Shown here: positions 49,161 to 58,429 of the stretch, piece by piece
How positions within the stretch are numbered: the stretch's first letter is position 1
Layout of the letters: each line of letters begins with the position of its first letter
Assembly (NCBI GenBank): GCA_020721205.1
Contig: DYNF01000003.1
Span: forward strand, 15,038 to 79,037
Source: Prochloron sp. SulCav_FS08_3_32_3330
GTDB taxonomy: Bacteria > Cyanobacteriota > Cyanobacteriia > Cyanobacteriales > DYNF01
Length of the DNA stretch: 64,000 bases
Direction of reading: 5' to 3'
Translations under genes and position numbers: made by a program
The notes under the pieces: model-generated
The model's database searches: none
Told to the model about the DNA's origin: nothing
Seen by the model: only the letters and a program-made list of their open reading frames with translations

Positions 49161-49331
49161 AATAGGTTTTAGCAATAGGTTTTAGCAATAGGTTTTAGCA
49201 ATAGGTTAAAACCTATTGCTACTTAAACAAAACCCGTCTGCACGGGTTTTTAGCAATAGGTTTTAGCAATAGGTTTTAGCAATAGGTTAAAACCTATTGC
49301 TACTTAAACAAAACCCGTCTGCACGGGTTTT
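49161..49331 (+). repeat. Tandem duplication of a composite unit
   Basis: Each unit is (AATAGGTTTTAGC)3, then hairpin GCAATAGGTT/AAAACCTATTGC, then terminator hairpin AAAACCCGTCTGCACGGGTTTTT. Terminator hairpins at 49229-49251 and 49309-49331. Read directly. Confidence 0.85.
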
Positions 49332-49388
49332 TAGGATAGATTAAACCCATTACTTTACTGTTATTAATTTTCAATTATTTAATTTTTT

Positions 49389-50045
49389 ATGAAACAATTA
49401 GAATCTAATCAATATGGACTTTCTCTCCATACTAATACTCCCCAACTAGGATTAACTATTAATAATTTTGCTGGAGATTATCGCTCTCAAATTTTAGATT
49501 TAGGGCGTGATATCTCTAGTCTTTTACATCAATATTTAATAGATTTTATTTCCCCTCAAACATGGTCAAATATTGCTTTTTTAGCCGTGGCAAAAGGTCC
49601 CGGAGGTTTTACTGGCACAAGAATCGGAATTGTTACAGCGAGGACTATTTCTCAACAGTTAAATATTCCTGTTTATCCTATTTCAAATTTAGCGGCGATC
49701 GCTCATTTTTACCTTAATCAATCCTTAATAAATAAAGATAATTCTCCTACTTTATTAGCGGTGGAAATGAAAGCAGTGAGAGGACAAATTTTTGGCGGAA
49801 TTTATCAAGCAGATTCGCAAAAATTCGGCATAAAAACTTATCTTCAAGATAAGGCTTATACTCCTGAAGAATGGACAGAAATTTTAAATAAATTACCCCA
49901 AAATTATCAAAGAATTTTATCTCCCGAAAATCTTGCCCATACTGGCAATAATATGTTAGAATTGGCTTATTTACAATGGCAACAGGGTAATTTTTATAAT
50001 TGGTCAGAATGTATCCCTTTTTATGGTCAACATCCTGTACAATAA
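49389..50045 (+). CDS. tsaB: tRNA t6A37 threonylcarbamoyltransferase complex dimerisation subunit TsaB
   Basis: AVAKGPGGFTGTRIGIVTARTISQQLNIPVYPISNLAAIA. Confidence 0.85.
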   Translation: MKQLESNQYGLSLHTNTPQLGLTINNFAGDYRSQILDLGRDISSLLHQYLIDFISPQTWSNIAFLAVAKGPGGFTGTRIGIVTARTISQQLNIPVYPISNLAAIAHFYLNQSLINKDNSPTLLAVEMKAVRGQIFGGIYQADSQKFGIKTYLQDKAYTPEEWTEILNKLPQNYQRILSPENLAHTGNNMLELAYLQWQQGNFYNWSECIPFYGQHPVQ

Positions 50046-50100
50046 TCAGTGAAAAGTAATCAGTTAATTAATAATTATCAGTAACTAATAACTAATAAAA

Positions 50101-50781
50101 ATGAGTGAACAAAATCGTCAAGAATTACGTCAAAAAGTGCAACAATTAGCACATCAAGCTATTAATGAAAATAATCCTACCGCTTGGTTTGAAACAGTTT
50201 ATCAAACTTCAAATGGCGATCCAAATCAAATTCCTTGGGCAAAATTAAGCCCTCATTTTGCTTTGGAAATGTGGCTAAAGGAAAAACAAATTTCAGGTAA
50301 AAATAAAAAAGCTTTAGTCATTGGTTGTGGTTTGGGAGATGACGCTGAAATCCTCTCAAAAGTAGGTTTTCAAGTGATCGCTTTTGATGTTTCTCCCTCG
50401 GCGATCGCTTGGTGTCAAACTCGTTTTCCTCACTCTTATGTGGATTATGAGGTAGGCGATCTCTTTGCTGAAAATGAGTCTTGGCGTAAAGAGTTTGATT
50501 TTGTCTTTGAATGCCACACTATTCAAGCTTTACCTTTAAAGGTGCGATCGGAAATCATTGAAAAAACCTCTCAATTTGTGGCTAATAATGGACAATTATT
50601 GATTATTACTAGAATAAGAGACTCAGAAACTCCGCCTCAAGGACCACCTTGGGCATTATCAATGAATGAATTAAATGAATTTGAAAAACAGGGATTAATA
50701 TTAATAGAAAAACAACAATTTAAAACAAAAGAAATGCCAGAAATTACGACTTTAAGATTAGAATATCAAAGAAAAGATTAG
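50101..50781 (+). CDS. Class I SAM-dependent methyltransferase (TPMT-like)
   Basis: Motif I ALVIGCGLGDDAE. VIAFDVSPSAI. Confidence 0.8.
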   Translation: MSEQNRQELRQKVQQLAHQAINENNPTAWFETVYQTSNGDPNQIPWAKLSPHFALEMWLKEKQISGKNKKALVIGCGLGDDAEILSKVGFQVIAFDVSPSAIAWCQTRFPHSYVDYEVGDLFAENESWRKEFDFVFECHTIQALPLKVRSEIIEKTSQFVANNGQLLIITRIRDSETPPQGPPWALSMNELNEFEKQGLILIEKQQFKTKEMPEITTLRLEYQRKD

Positions 50782-51089
50782 CTTTAAATGGATTTAAAAA
50801 ACCCATACCTTATGTTACAAAGCTTAAGACTTGGTTGTCACCGTATCTTTCCTCCCGTAACACTTTCGCGCACGATCGGCACTGCGGGATGCCGATCATT
50901 ATTTAATCGCAGATCAATCAAGTAAACTTAAATTATATTTAAGGAAAACTTTACATTTCTTAGTTTAGTTTAAAAGTGCCAAAAAATTAAGTAATCAATC
51001 TAAAAAGATAAATACTAGAAAGATAAAATTAAGATGAACAAAAAAATTTCCTTGGTATTAAATTTCAACAGAGAAACTTTTAACCCTAA

Positions 51090-52721
51090 TTAAGACTTAA
51101 ATCTTTGTAATAAATCACTAAAAAAGATGCGATTATTTTTAAATAAAAAGTAAAAATAAGTTGCCAGAATAATGATAAAACAAGAATTACCTAAAAAATT
51201 ATAAGTATTAATAATTTGTTGATCATTCCAACCAAATTCTACTAATTGATTCATATCTCCTCCTGCATCATTTTCTCCTCCCCATAAAGTCCCCCAAGGA
51301 ATTGAAACTTCACCTTGATCAATTTGCCACCAAAACCAAAGACTATTCCAAAAAGTAAAAGCCGCACCAAAAACAACCGGAAAACGGTAAAATTCCCAAT
51401 TAAAATATTTAGGAAAAGAAAAGAAAAAACTAACCATTAAAAGAGTACATATATAAAATTCTCCTGCAATTCCGCCAAAATATAATAAGGTGTAAAATGT
51501 TGTTTCAGAAATTAACCAAGTCATTACAAATTGAATAATAACTAGACATACTGCTAATATCATTACCCAAGGTTTTTGCTCTTGTTTACCTTTCCAAAAT
51601 AATAAACCCAAAAGACATAATACTCCAAAGTAAACAAAGAGAGATTTTTCTTCACTAATATTTGTCCAGCCAAAAGGTAAAGGAATAGCTTTATGTCCAC
51701 CTAACCAAGCAACTATAGCATGACCAAATTCATGAAACCAAATATTAATTCCTCTTAACAAAAATTGGATAATTGGTATTACATTCATGAGAATTGCTAA
51801 GATTGATAAAATGGGAAAAATTGCACTATTTTCAATAACTTTAATTACCCCGTCCATTTTTTCTTTTTCAGTAAGTTTTTGTCTGTCTAAAGTTTTTCGC
51901 CAACTAATTTTTTCTTGGGAATTAATACCAAAAATTAAAATGGTTTCTACCATTGTTAAGTGAAAATAATTCAACTGTTTTTTAGTAAGTAAAGTATCAA
52001 TTTTTTGGCTAATGGGCTGAGATTTTGGATAGGATTCTAAATCTAAATAAATTTGGAGTTTTTCTTTGATTAAATTAATTTTTCCCTTAACATCATTGTC
52101 TTGTAAATATTGAGTTAAATTAGTTATGGGATCTATTGTTTTTTGACTTTCTATTTGAGATTCAATAATTGCTTTTTCTTGGAGATGATTTTTAATAGTT
52201 TGGTAAGCTTCTTTGAGAGTAATTAGTTGTTGAGAATTACTGATAGTATTAGTTTGAGATTTTATTTGGGCTTTTATTTGAAAATAGCTTGTTTGTAATT
52301 CTTCAAAAGTGGCATCCAATTCTAAATTTAATTGTTGATAATAGGGTAATAATAAATGATCTTGAGGTGTTATTTTCTCAGTTTGATTCCCTTCAATTTC
52401 TTCTAAAGTAACTGTTTCTTGATTAGCCATAGAAGAATTAAGATTGATCTTTATTTGCCAAATAAAATTATCTATTCCTTCTACTTGATTTTGAATCAAA
52501 ATATCATTAATATTTTCAGGTTGTAATTGAGAAAAAAAATCTTCGATAAATTTTACAGTAGAGTCTTGAGGTAATTTATCTAAAGATTTAAGAAGTAAAA
52601 TTAAAGAATTATCTTTAGAAGTAGCTTGAATCTGAATTGGTTGTTGAGGACAGACTTTCTGTAATAGAGTAGCGATCGCATCAGGATCACCTTTTTTTCC
52701 TATCTGTTTGAGGGAAGTCAT
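51090..52721 (-). CDS. Membrane protein with soluble N-terminal half and C-terminal M50-like HExxH domain
   Basis: HEFGHAIVAWLGGH sits in a TM-rich C-terminal half. The N-terminal half has a degenerate J-like segment YYQQLNLELDATFEELQTSY without HPD. Confidence 0.55.
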   Translation of the reverse strand: MTSLKQIGKKGDPDAIATLLQKVCPQQPIQIQATSKDNSLILLLKSLDKLPQDSTVKFIEDFFSQLQPENINDILIQNQVEGIDNFIWQIKINLNSSMANQETVTLEEIEGNQTEKITPQDHLLLPYYQQLNLELDATFEELQTSYFQIKAQIKSQTNTISNSQQLITLKEAYQTIKNHLQEKAIIESQIESQKTIDPITNLTQYLQDNDVKGKINLIKEKLQIYLDLESYPKSQPISQKIDTLLTKKQLNYFHLTMVETILIFGINSQEKISWRKTLDRQKLTEKEKMDGVIKVIENSAIFPILSILAILMNVIPIIQFLLRGINIWFHEFGHAIVAWLGGHKAIPLPFGWTNISEEKSLFVYFGVLCLLGLLFWKGKQEQKPWVMILAVCLVIIQFVMTWLISETTFYTLLYFGGIAGEFYICTLLMVSFFFSFPKYFNWEFYRFPVVFGAAFTFWNSLWFWWQIDQGEVSIPWGTLWGGENDAGGDMNQLVEFGWNDQQIINTYNFLGNSCFIIILATYFYFLFKNNRIFFSDLLQRFKS

Positions 52722-52789
52722 AATAAAAAATAATATTATACTATAAAAAAGTAAGAAGTAAAAAGTAAAAAAACTGATTAAATAAGATT

Positions 52790-52816
52790 TTAGCTTCTAC
52801 TCGCCGTAGAAGCTAA
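52790..52816 (-). terminator. Hairpin TTAGCTTCTAC-TCGCC-GTAGAAGCTAA downstream of the M15 peptidase gene
   Basis: 11-bp perfect stem, read directly. Confidence 0.5.
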
Positions 52817-52888
52817 AGCTATTTGACTCATTTTGATCGAAAAAAAATACCCCTTAATTTTATCTTTTTTCGATCAAAAGTAAACTGA

Positions 52889-53326
52889 TTATGGTACAAG
52901 TCCGTTTTGAGTTCCCCGACGATCAATCGTTAACACTTGTTTTCTGTTCCCAGAAGCCGAATAGGACACATGAACCCATCCATTAGGTTGAAATTCTAAA
53001 ATTAATTGGTCAAAAGTTAGATTATTGCGAATCCATTTACAAACCTCAATATTAGCTATTCCCGACACATGAAAATCCGCCGCCTGACCTTTAGTATGTT
53101 GAGAATTAGTGGAACTACCAATCGCTTGACATAAAGCCGGACTACGATAGCCAGAAGTTATGGTCATCGGACGACCATAATGGTCACGAATGGGCTGTAA
53201 TACCTTTTCACACAACAGTTTAAGATTAGCAATCTGTTGGGAATTGGCGGTATTATTAATATTTCTTCTTTGTGCCGTTTCAGAAACTAAAAACTCTTTG
53301 AGAGTAAAATTTGGAGATAAATTCAT
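52889..53326 (-). CDS. Peptidase M15A-family zinc D,D-carboxypeptidase/endolysin-like protein
   Basis: FTLKEF...ITSGYRSP...NSQHTKGQAADF...WVHVS (H-x6-D ... H zinc ligand pattern). Confidence 0.8.
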   Translation of the reverse strand: MNLSPNFTLKEFLVSETAQRRNINNTANSQQIANLKLLCEKVLQPIRDHYGRPMTITSGYRSPALCQAIGSSTNSQHTKGQAADFHVSGIANIEVCKWIRNNLTFDQLILEFQPNGWVHVSYSASGNRKQVLTIDRRGTQNGLVP

Positions 53327-53575
53327 GGTTTTACAGGAAAATTAACTTTAATTTTTGATGATTTAATTTTATTTTATTTTAAACACAACATCAAAAAAAG
53401 ATACAAATTTTTAACAATTGACAATTATCTTTACAACCCACATTCCGCACTTCAAACTTTAGAATTATTTACTCAATTAATTCGCAATTTAACTGCTCAA
53501 ATATTCAACTAACAAACGATTAACCTGTTTTGTCAAGTTACTGATATAATTTAAGTTGATTTATTTGTAAATTTT

Positions 53576-56500
53576 ATGCCGAGAATATTTGATAACATTG
53601 ACCAAAAATTAGTAGAAGGATTAGCATATAGTCTTGATTCGGCTTATAGTGCTGACTTTTGTGTTGGTTATGTAAATTTACGAGGATGGCGTTTAATTGC
53701 TGATAAAATCGAGCATTTTTCAGGGGGCAATAATCAACAATGTCGAGTTTTAATTGGGATGCAAAAATTACCTTCAACTCAACTCTATGAGGAGTTGAAA
53801 ATCCTGAAAACTACAGAAACTGCTATTTCTCAGAAACAAATACCTAATCTAAAAAACTTGATTGTGCGAGAATTTAGAGAACAATTAATGGTAGGTGTTC
53901 CCAGCATTGCTGATGAAAAGGGTTTACAACAATTAAGGCAACAACTTTTAAGCCAAAAAGTAACAGTTAAGCTTCATTTACGTTATCCTCTCCATGCTAA
54001 ACTTTATTTACTCCATAAAAAAGACCAAGATCAACCAATGATCGGTTATTTAGGTAGTAGTAATTTAACTTTTTCTGGCTTAAAAAATCAGGGCGAATTA
54101 AATATTGATGTTTTAGATCATGATGCTACAAATAAGTTACAGGAATGGTTTAACGATCGCTGGAATGATCGCTTTTGTGTTGATATAAGTCAAGAATTAG
54201 CAAATATTATTGACGAAAGTTGGGCTACAGAAAAATTAATTCCTCCCTACTATATTTATCTCAAAATGGCTTATCATCTTTCTCAAGAAGCAAGGGATGG
54301 TTTAAGTCAATACGCTATTCCCTCAGAATTTAAACTATTTGATTTTCAGGAAGCCTCTGTTAAAATTGCCTGTCATCATGTCAACCGCCGAGGGGGTGTC
54401 ATTATTGGGGATGTGGTAGGTTTAGGTAAGACGATGATAGGCACAGCGATCGCCCGTATCTTAGAGGAAGATTTAGGTTATAGTACATTAATAATTTGTC
54501 CAAAAAATCTAGTGGCGATGTGGGAAAGTTATCGAGATAATTATGGTTTAAGGGCAAAAATTTTGTCTATTAGTATGGTGGAAAAAGAGTTAGAAAATAT
54601 ACCCGCTCGATTTAGATTAGTTTTAATTGATGAGAGTCATAATTTACGCAATCGTGACGGAAAAAGATACGCTTATATTAAAGATTATATTGAACAAAGT
54701 GGTAGTCGTTGTATTTTGTTAACGGCGACTCCCTATAATAAAACTTACCTTGATTTATCGGCACAATTAAGATTATTTATTAGAGAAGATCAAGACTTAG
54801 GAATTAGACCAGAAGAACTATTAAGAAATAGTAAATTTTCGGTGCAATATCCTGAGATTAGTCCTCGCACTTTAAAAGCTTTTGAAAAAAGCGAATATTC
54901 CGAAGATTGGCAACAATTAATGAGTAAATATATGGTGCGTCGTACTCGTAGTTTTATTCGGGCTAATTATGCTCAATTAGACATAGAAAAAAACAAGAAA
55001 TATTTAGAATTTGCTGATGGTACTCGTTCTTATTTTCCAGATCGTCTTCCGAAAACTGCTACTTTTAAACTAGGAGAAAAGGATCCCTATTCTCAACTTT
55101 ATTCTCCTCAAGTAGTAGATATTATTAGTAATTTGAATTTACCTCGTTATGCTTTAGGGAGTTATCAATTAACTACTATTTCTGAGAAATTATTAACAAC
55201 AAAAGAGAAAGATTTATTAGATAGTTTATCCCGTGCCGGAAGAAATTTAATCGGCTTTTGTCGCACTAATTTATTTAAAAGATTAGAAAGCAGTGGTTAT
55301 GCTTTTCTTGAGTCTATTGAAAGACATATTTTAAGAAATTATATCTATTTATATGCCATAGAATCAAACGTAGATATTCCTATTGGTACTCAAGATGTGG
55401 ACTTATTTTCTACCAGTTTAAATGACCAAGATCCGGATTCTACTTTAAGTAATAACCTAGATATTGATGATGAAAATAATGATGAAGATGAAGATGATTT
55501 AGAAGGTTTTGAAACCTTAGAAAAACAAGAATTAATCTATCAAGAAAAAGCCCAACAAGTTTATCAAGTTTATCAAGATAAATATCAAAAAAGATTTAAG
55601 TGGATTAGACCTAATTTATTTAATCAAGATTTAATCAAACATTTACGAGAAGATGCTCATAATCTCTTAACAATATTAAATAATGCTCCCCAATGGACAA
55701 CAGAAAATGACCAAAAACTCTTAGCTTTATATGACTTAATTACTAAAACTCATCCCGATGAAAAAATATTAATCTTCTCTCAATTTGCTGATACGGTTAA
55801 TTACTTAGGAGAAAAATTAACTAATTTAGACTTAAAAAACTTTGCTCGATGCTCGGGTAAATCAGAAAATCCTACTATTCTCGCTCAAAGATTTAGCCCT
55901 AAAAGTAATAATAAATATTTCCCCCCCTCCCAAGAATTAAGAGTTTTAATTGCAACAGATGTACTATCAGAAGGGCAAAATTTACAAGATTGTCGCATTA
56001 TCGTTAATTATGACTTACCTTGGGCGATTATCCGTTTAATTCAAAGGGCTGGAAGGGTAGATCGCATCGGGCAAAAAGCCTCCGAAATACTCTGTTATTC
56101 CTTTTTGCCGGAGGAAGGGGTGGAAAAATTGATTAATCTGAGAGGAAGACTCGGCGATCGCCTGAAAGAAAATGCGGAAGTTGTTGGCACTGATGAAATC
56201 TTTTTTGAAGGTGGCAATGATCAAGTAATCTTAGATTTATACCATGAAAAAGCAGGTATTTATGATGAGGCAGAAGACTCAGAAGTTGATTTAGTTTCTG
56301 AGGCTTTGAGTATTTGGGAGTCTGCAAAAGAAAAATATCCTGATATTGCTCAAAAAATTGAACAATTACCTAATGTTATTTATTCTACTCGTCACCATCC
56401 CCCCGAAGAAATTAATCCTCAAGGAGTTTTAATGTATATGCGTACTAGCGATGGGGTGGATGCTTTAGCTTATGTAGATGAAAATGGGAAAAGTGTTACT

Positions 56501-56962
56501 CAATCTCAAAGTCGCATTTTAAGACTCGCCCGTTGTGAATTGGAAACTGAGGCGATTAAGAGGAATCCGGCACATTTTGATTTAGTGAATAAAGGAGCAG
56601 AAATTATTGCTCAACAACAGAAAAAAATGGCAGGAGGAGGGAAGTTGGGAAGCCCTAACAGTGCAAGGGCAAAAACCTATAATCGTCTGAGTAATTATCT
56701 CCAAGAGATTAAAACCCATACTCCTATTTTAGCTAAAGGGCAACAATGGGATAATTTAACTAAAGCGGTGGAAAATATCTATAATTATCCTCTCAGTGAA
56801 AGGGCAATTACTCGTTTAAATCGTCAATTAAGAAGTGGGATTAGGGATCAACAATTAGCGGATTTAGTATTATCTTTGTGGGAAGATCAAGCTTTATTTG
56901 TCACATACGAAGATCAACAAATTAGAGACAGTCAAATTATTTGTTCATTAGGATTATTTTAA
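53576..56962 (+). CDS. HKD (PLD-family) nuclease domain fused to SNF2-family helicase
   Basis: N-terminal HAKLYLL...GSSNLT HKD motif. Helicase motifs GLGKT, LIDESHNLRN, LLTATP, SEGQNLQD, QRAGRVDRIGQ. Architecture matches the CDD class PLDc_N_Snf2_like. Confidence 0.88.
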   Translation: MPRIFDNIDQKLVEGLAYSLDSAYSADFCVGYVNLRGWRLIADKIEHFSGGNNQQCRVLIGMQKLPSTQLYEELKILKTTETAISQKQIPNLKNLIVREFREQLMVGVPSIADEKGLQQLRQQLLSQKVTVKLHLRYPLHAKLYLLHKKDQDQPMIGYLGSSNLTFSGLKNQGELNIDVLDHDATNKLQEWFNDRWNDRFCVDISQELANIIDESWATEKLIPPYYIYLKMAYHLSQEARDGLSQYAIPSEFKLFDFQEASVKIACHHVNRRGGVIIGDVVGLGKTMIGTAIARILEEDLGYSTLIICPKNLVAMWESYRDNYGLRAKILSISMVEKELENIPARFRLVLIDESHNLRNRDGKRYAYIKDYIEQSGSRCILLTATPYNKTYLDLSAQLRLFIREDQDLGIRPEELLRNSKFSVQYPEISPRTLKAFEKSEYSEDWQQLMSKYMVRRTRSFIRANYAQLDIEKNKKYLEFADGTRSYFPDRLPKTATFKLGEKDPYSQLYSPQVVDIISNLNLPRYALGSYQLTTISEKLLTTKEKDLLDSLSRAGRNLIGFCRTNLFKRLESSGYAFLESIERHILRNYIYLYAIESNVDIPIGTQDVDLFSTSLNDQDPDSTLSNNLDIDDENNDEDEDDLEGFETLEKQELIYQEKAQQVYQVYQDKYQKRFKWIRPNLFNQDLIKHLREDAHNLLTILNNAPQWTTENDQKLLALYDLITKTHPDEKILIFSQFADTVNYLGEKLTNLDLKNFARCSGKSENPTILAQRFSPKSNNKYFPPSQELRVLIATDVLSEGQNLQDCRIIVNYDLPWAIIRLIQRAGRVDRIGQKASEILCYSFLPEEGVEKLINLRGRLGDRLKENAEVVGTDEIFFEGGNDQVILDLYHEKAGIYDEAEDSEVDLVSEALSIWESAKEKYPDIAQKIEQLPNVIYSTRHHPPEEINPQGVLMYMRTSDGVDALAYVDENGKSVTQSQSRILRLARCELETEAIKRNPAHFDLVNKGAEIIAQQQKKMAGGGKLGSPNSARAKTYNRLSNYLQEIKTHTPILAKGQQWDNLTKAVENIYNYPLSERAITRLNRQLRSGIRDQQLADLVLSLWEDQALFVTYEDQQIRDSQIICSLGLF

Positions 56963-57204
56963 AGTTTGGAGTTTATAATGCGATTTTTAAAGTCTTCTTC
57001 AAACATTAAATTAGCTCTTTCTCTTAGTTCAGTTTGCTTTTTTCCTTGAGGTAAAATAGCAATACCATAAAGGATCTCTGCTTGAGTTATTGTAGTTGTA
57101 AATAAATTATTTATATTTTGTTGTGCTGTCCAATTATAGACATTTTCTGAACATTTATTACCTTTCATTAGTTCGGAAATAATGTTAGTATCTAAAATTA
57201 TCAT
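56959..57204 (-). pseudogene. Truncated VapC/FitB-like PIN toxin (81 aa, lacks the C-terminal acidic residues)
   Basis: MIILDTNIISELM...TQAEILYG covers only the first two of the four PIN catalytic acid positions. The 3' end overlaps the helicase stop codon. Confidence 0.6.
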
Positions 57205-57440
57205 TAGTTAAAGTTAGGGGGTTGACGCATTTTATCTCTAGTAATTAGGGGCATTTCTACTTCTTCTAAATCCCTAAATCTTTGGGTAATTCTTTGGGCT
57301 AGGTTTAAAGAATTTTGGTTTTCTTGGGTTAAACAATTACGCAAGATTTCGGTTATTTCTTGTTCTAATGTATGCCCTTTTTTCTGAGCTTGTTGTTGGA
57401 GTTTGTCGGTTAATTCATCATCAAGGTTGATTGTTAGCAT
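57204..57440 (-). CDS. RHH-type antitoxin (VapB/FitA-like)
   Basis: MLTINLDDELTDKLQQQAQKKGHTLEQEITEILRN. 1-nt overlap with the PIN gene. Confidence 0.7.
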   Translation of the reverse strand: MLTINLDDELTDKLQQQAQKKGHTLEQEITEILRNCLTQENQNSLNLAQRITQRFRDLEEVEMPLITRDKMRQPPNFN

Positions 57441-57530
57441 AATTAATTACTCCTTTAAAACTTGATCTTGATGATATAATATAGCTGTAAATAATAATCT
57501 TGTCAATTTACTTAAAACAAAAAACAAAAT

Positions 57531-57740
57531 ATGTCTAATCTACAAACCTTAGAAAATAGCTCATTAATTGAGCAAAGATTAAGCAATTTAGAACAGGAAT
57601 TATCAACAAGTCAAAAAATCTTAAGCTCTAATTTTCAAGAATCTTACTGGTGGTTAAAAATTGCCGGAACTTTTGCAAATGATCCTACTTTTGATGAAGT
57701 TGAAAACCTCTGTCAAGAGTGGCGTAAATCGGCTTATTAA
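57531..57740 (+). CDS. Small conserved hypothetical (antitoxin-like, orphan)
   Basis: 69 aa. The AGTFANDPTFDEV...WRKS motif recurs in small cyanobacterial proteins usually paired with toxins (from memory, unverified). Confidence 0.45.
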   Translation: MSNLQTLENSSLIEQRLSNLEQELSTSQKILSSNFQESYWWLKIAGTFANDPTFDEVENLCQEWRKSAY

Positions 57741-57768
57741 AAACTAATTAAAACTAGAAGAATAAACC

Positions 57769-58077
57769 ATGAAAACAACTCACTATTTAACAACAAAAAT
57801 ACAAAAAGGAAATCGCTTAGATTTATACCTTCCTGAATTGGCTGAAGGGCAAAATGTAGAAGTCATTATTATTGTATCAGAAAATCAAACTATTAATAAT
57901 AGTGAAAATAATTTAGCACAATCAAAAAATTCAGAGCCAAATATGATCTCAAAATCATTAGCAGAGCGCCGTCAATTGATGGCACAACAGGCAGAAGCTA
58001 TGCAAAAATATTATGAAGAAGATCAATCATGGCGAGAGTGGGTTAATTTAGATTTAGGAGAGATATATGAGTATTAA
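57769..58077 (+). CDS. Putative antitoxin partner of MazF
   Basis: 102 aa. 11-nt overlap with the mazF-like gene. Confidence 0.55.
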   Translation: MKTTHYLTTKIQKGNRLDLYLPELAEGQNVEVIIIVSENQTINNSENNLAQSKNSEPNMISKSLAERRQLMAQQAEAMQKYYEEDQSWREWVNLDLGEIYEY

Positions 58078-58429
58078 ACCTCAAAGGGGGGAAATTTGGT
58101 TAGTTAACTTAGATCCTACCATTGGAGCAGAAATCAAAAAAACTCGACCTGTGGTTATTGTTAGCTCTAATACTTTGGGAAAATTACCATTAAAATTAGT
58201 TGTGCCAATAACTGATTGGAAAGACTCTTTTATTAATAATTTATGGCACGTTAAAATTAATCCTAACTCCCATAATGGATTAACGAAAAAATCCGTTGCC
58301 GATGCTTTACAAACTAGAAGTATTGATCTAACAAGATTTATTCAAAAGTTAGGAAATTTATCCTCCGAAAAGTTACAACAAATAAATACTGCTATTGTTA
58401 ATCTAATTGAATATGAACATGAAAATTAA
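58067..58429 (+). CDS. mazF: MazF/PemK-family endoribonuclease toxin
   Basis: PQRGEIWLVNLDPTIGAEIKKTRPVVIVS. Confidence 0.88.
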   Translation: MSIKPQRGEIWLVNLDPTIGAEIKKTRPVVIVSSNTLGKLPLKLVVPITDWKDSFINNLWHVKINPNSHNGLTKKSVADALQTRSIDLTRFIQKLGNLSSEKLQQINTAIVNLIEYEHEN

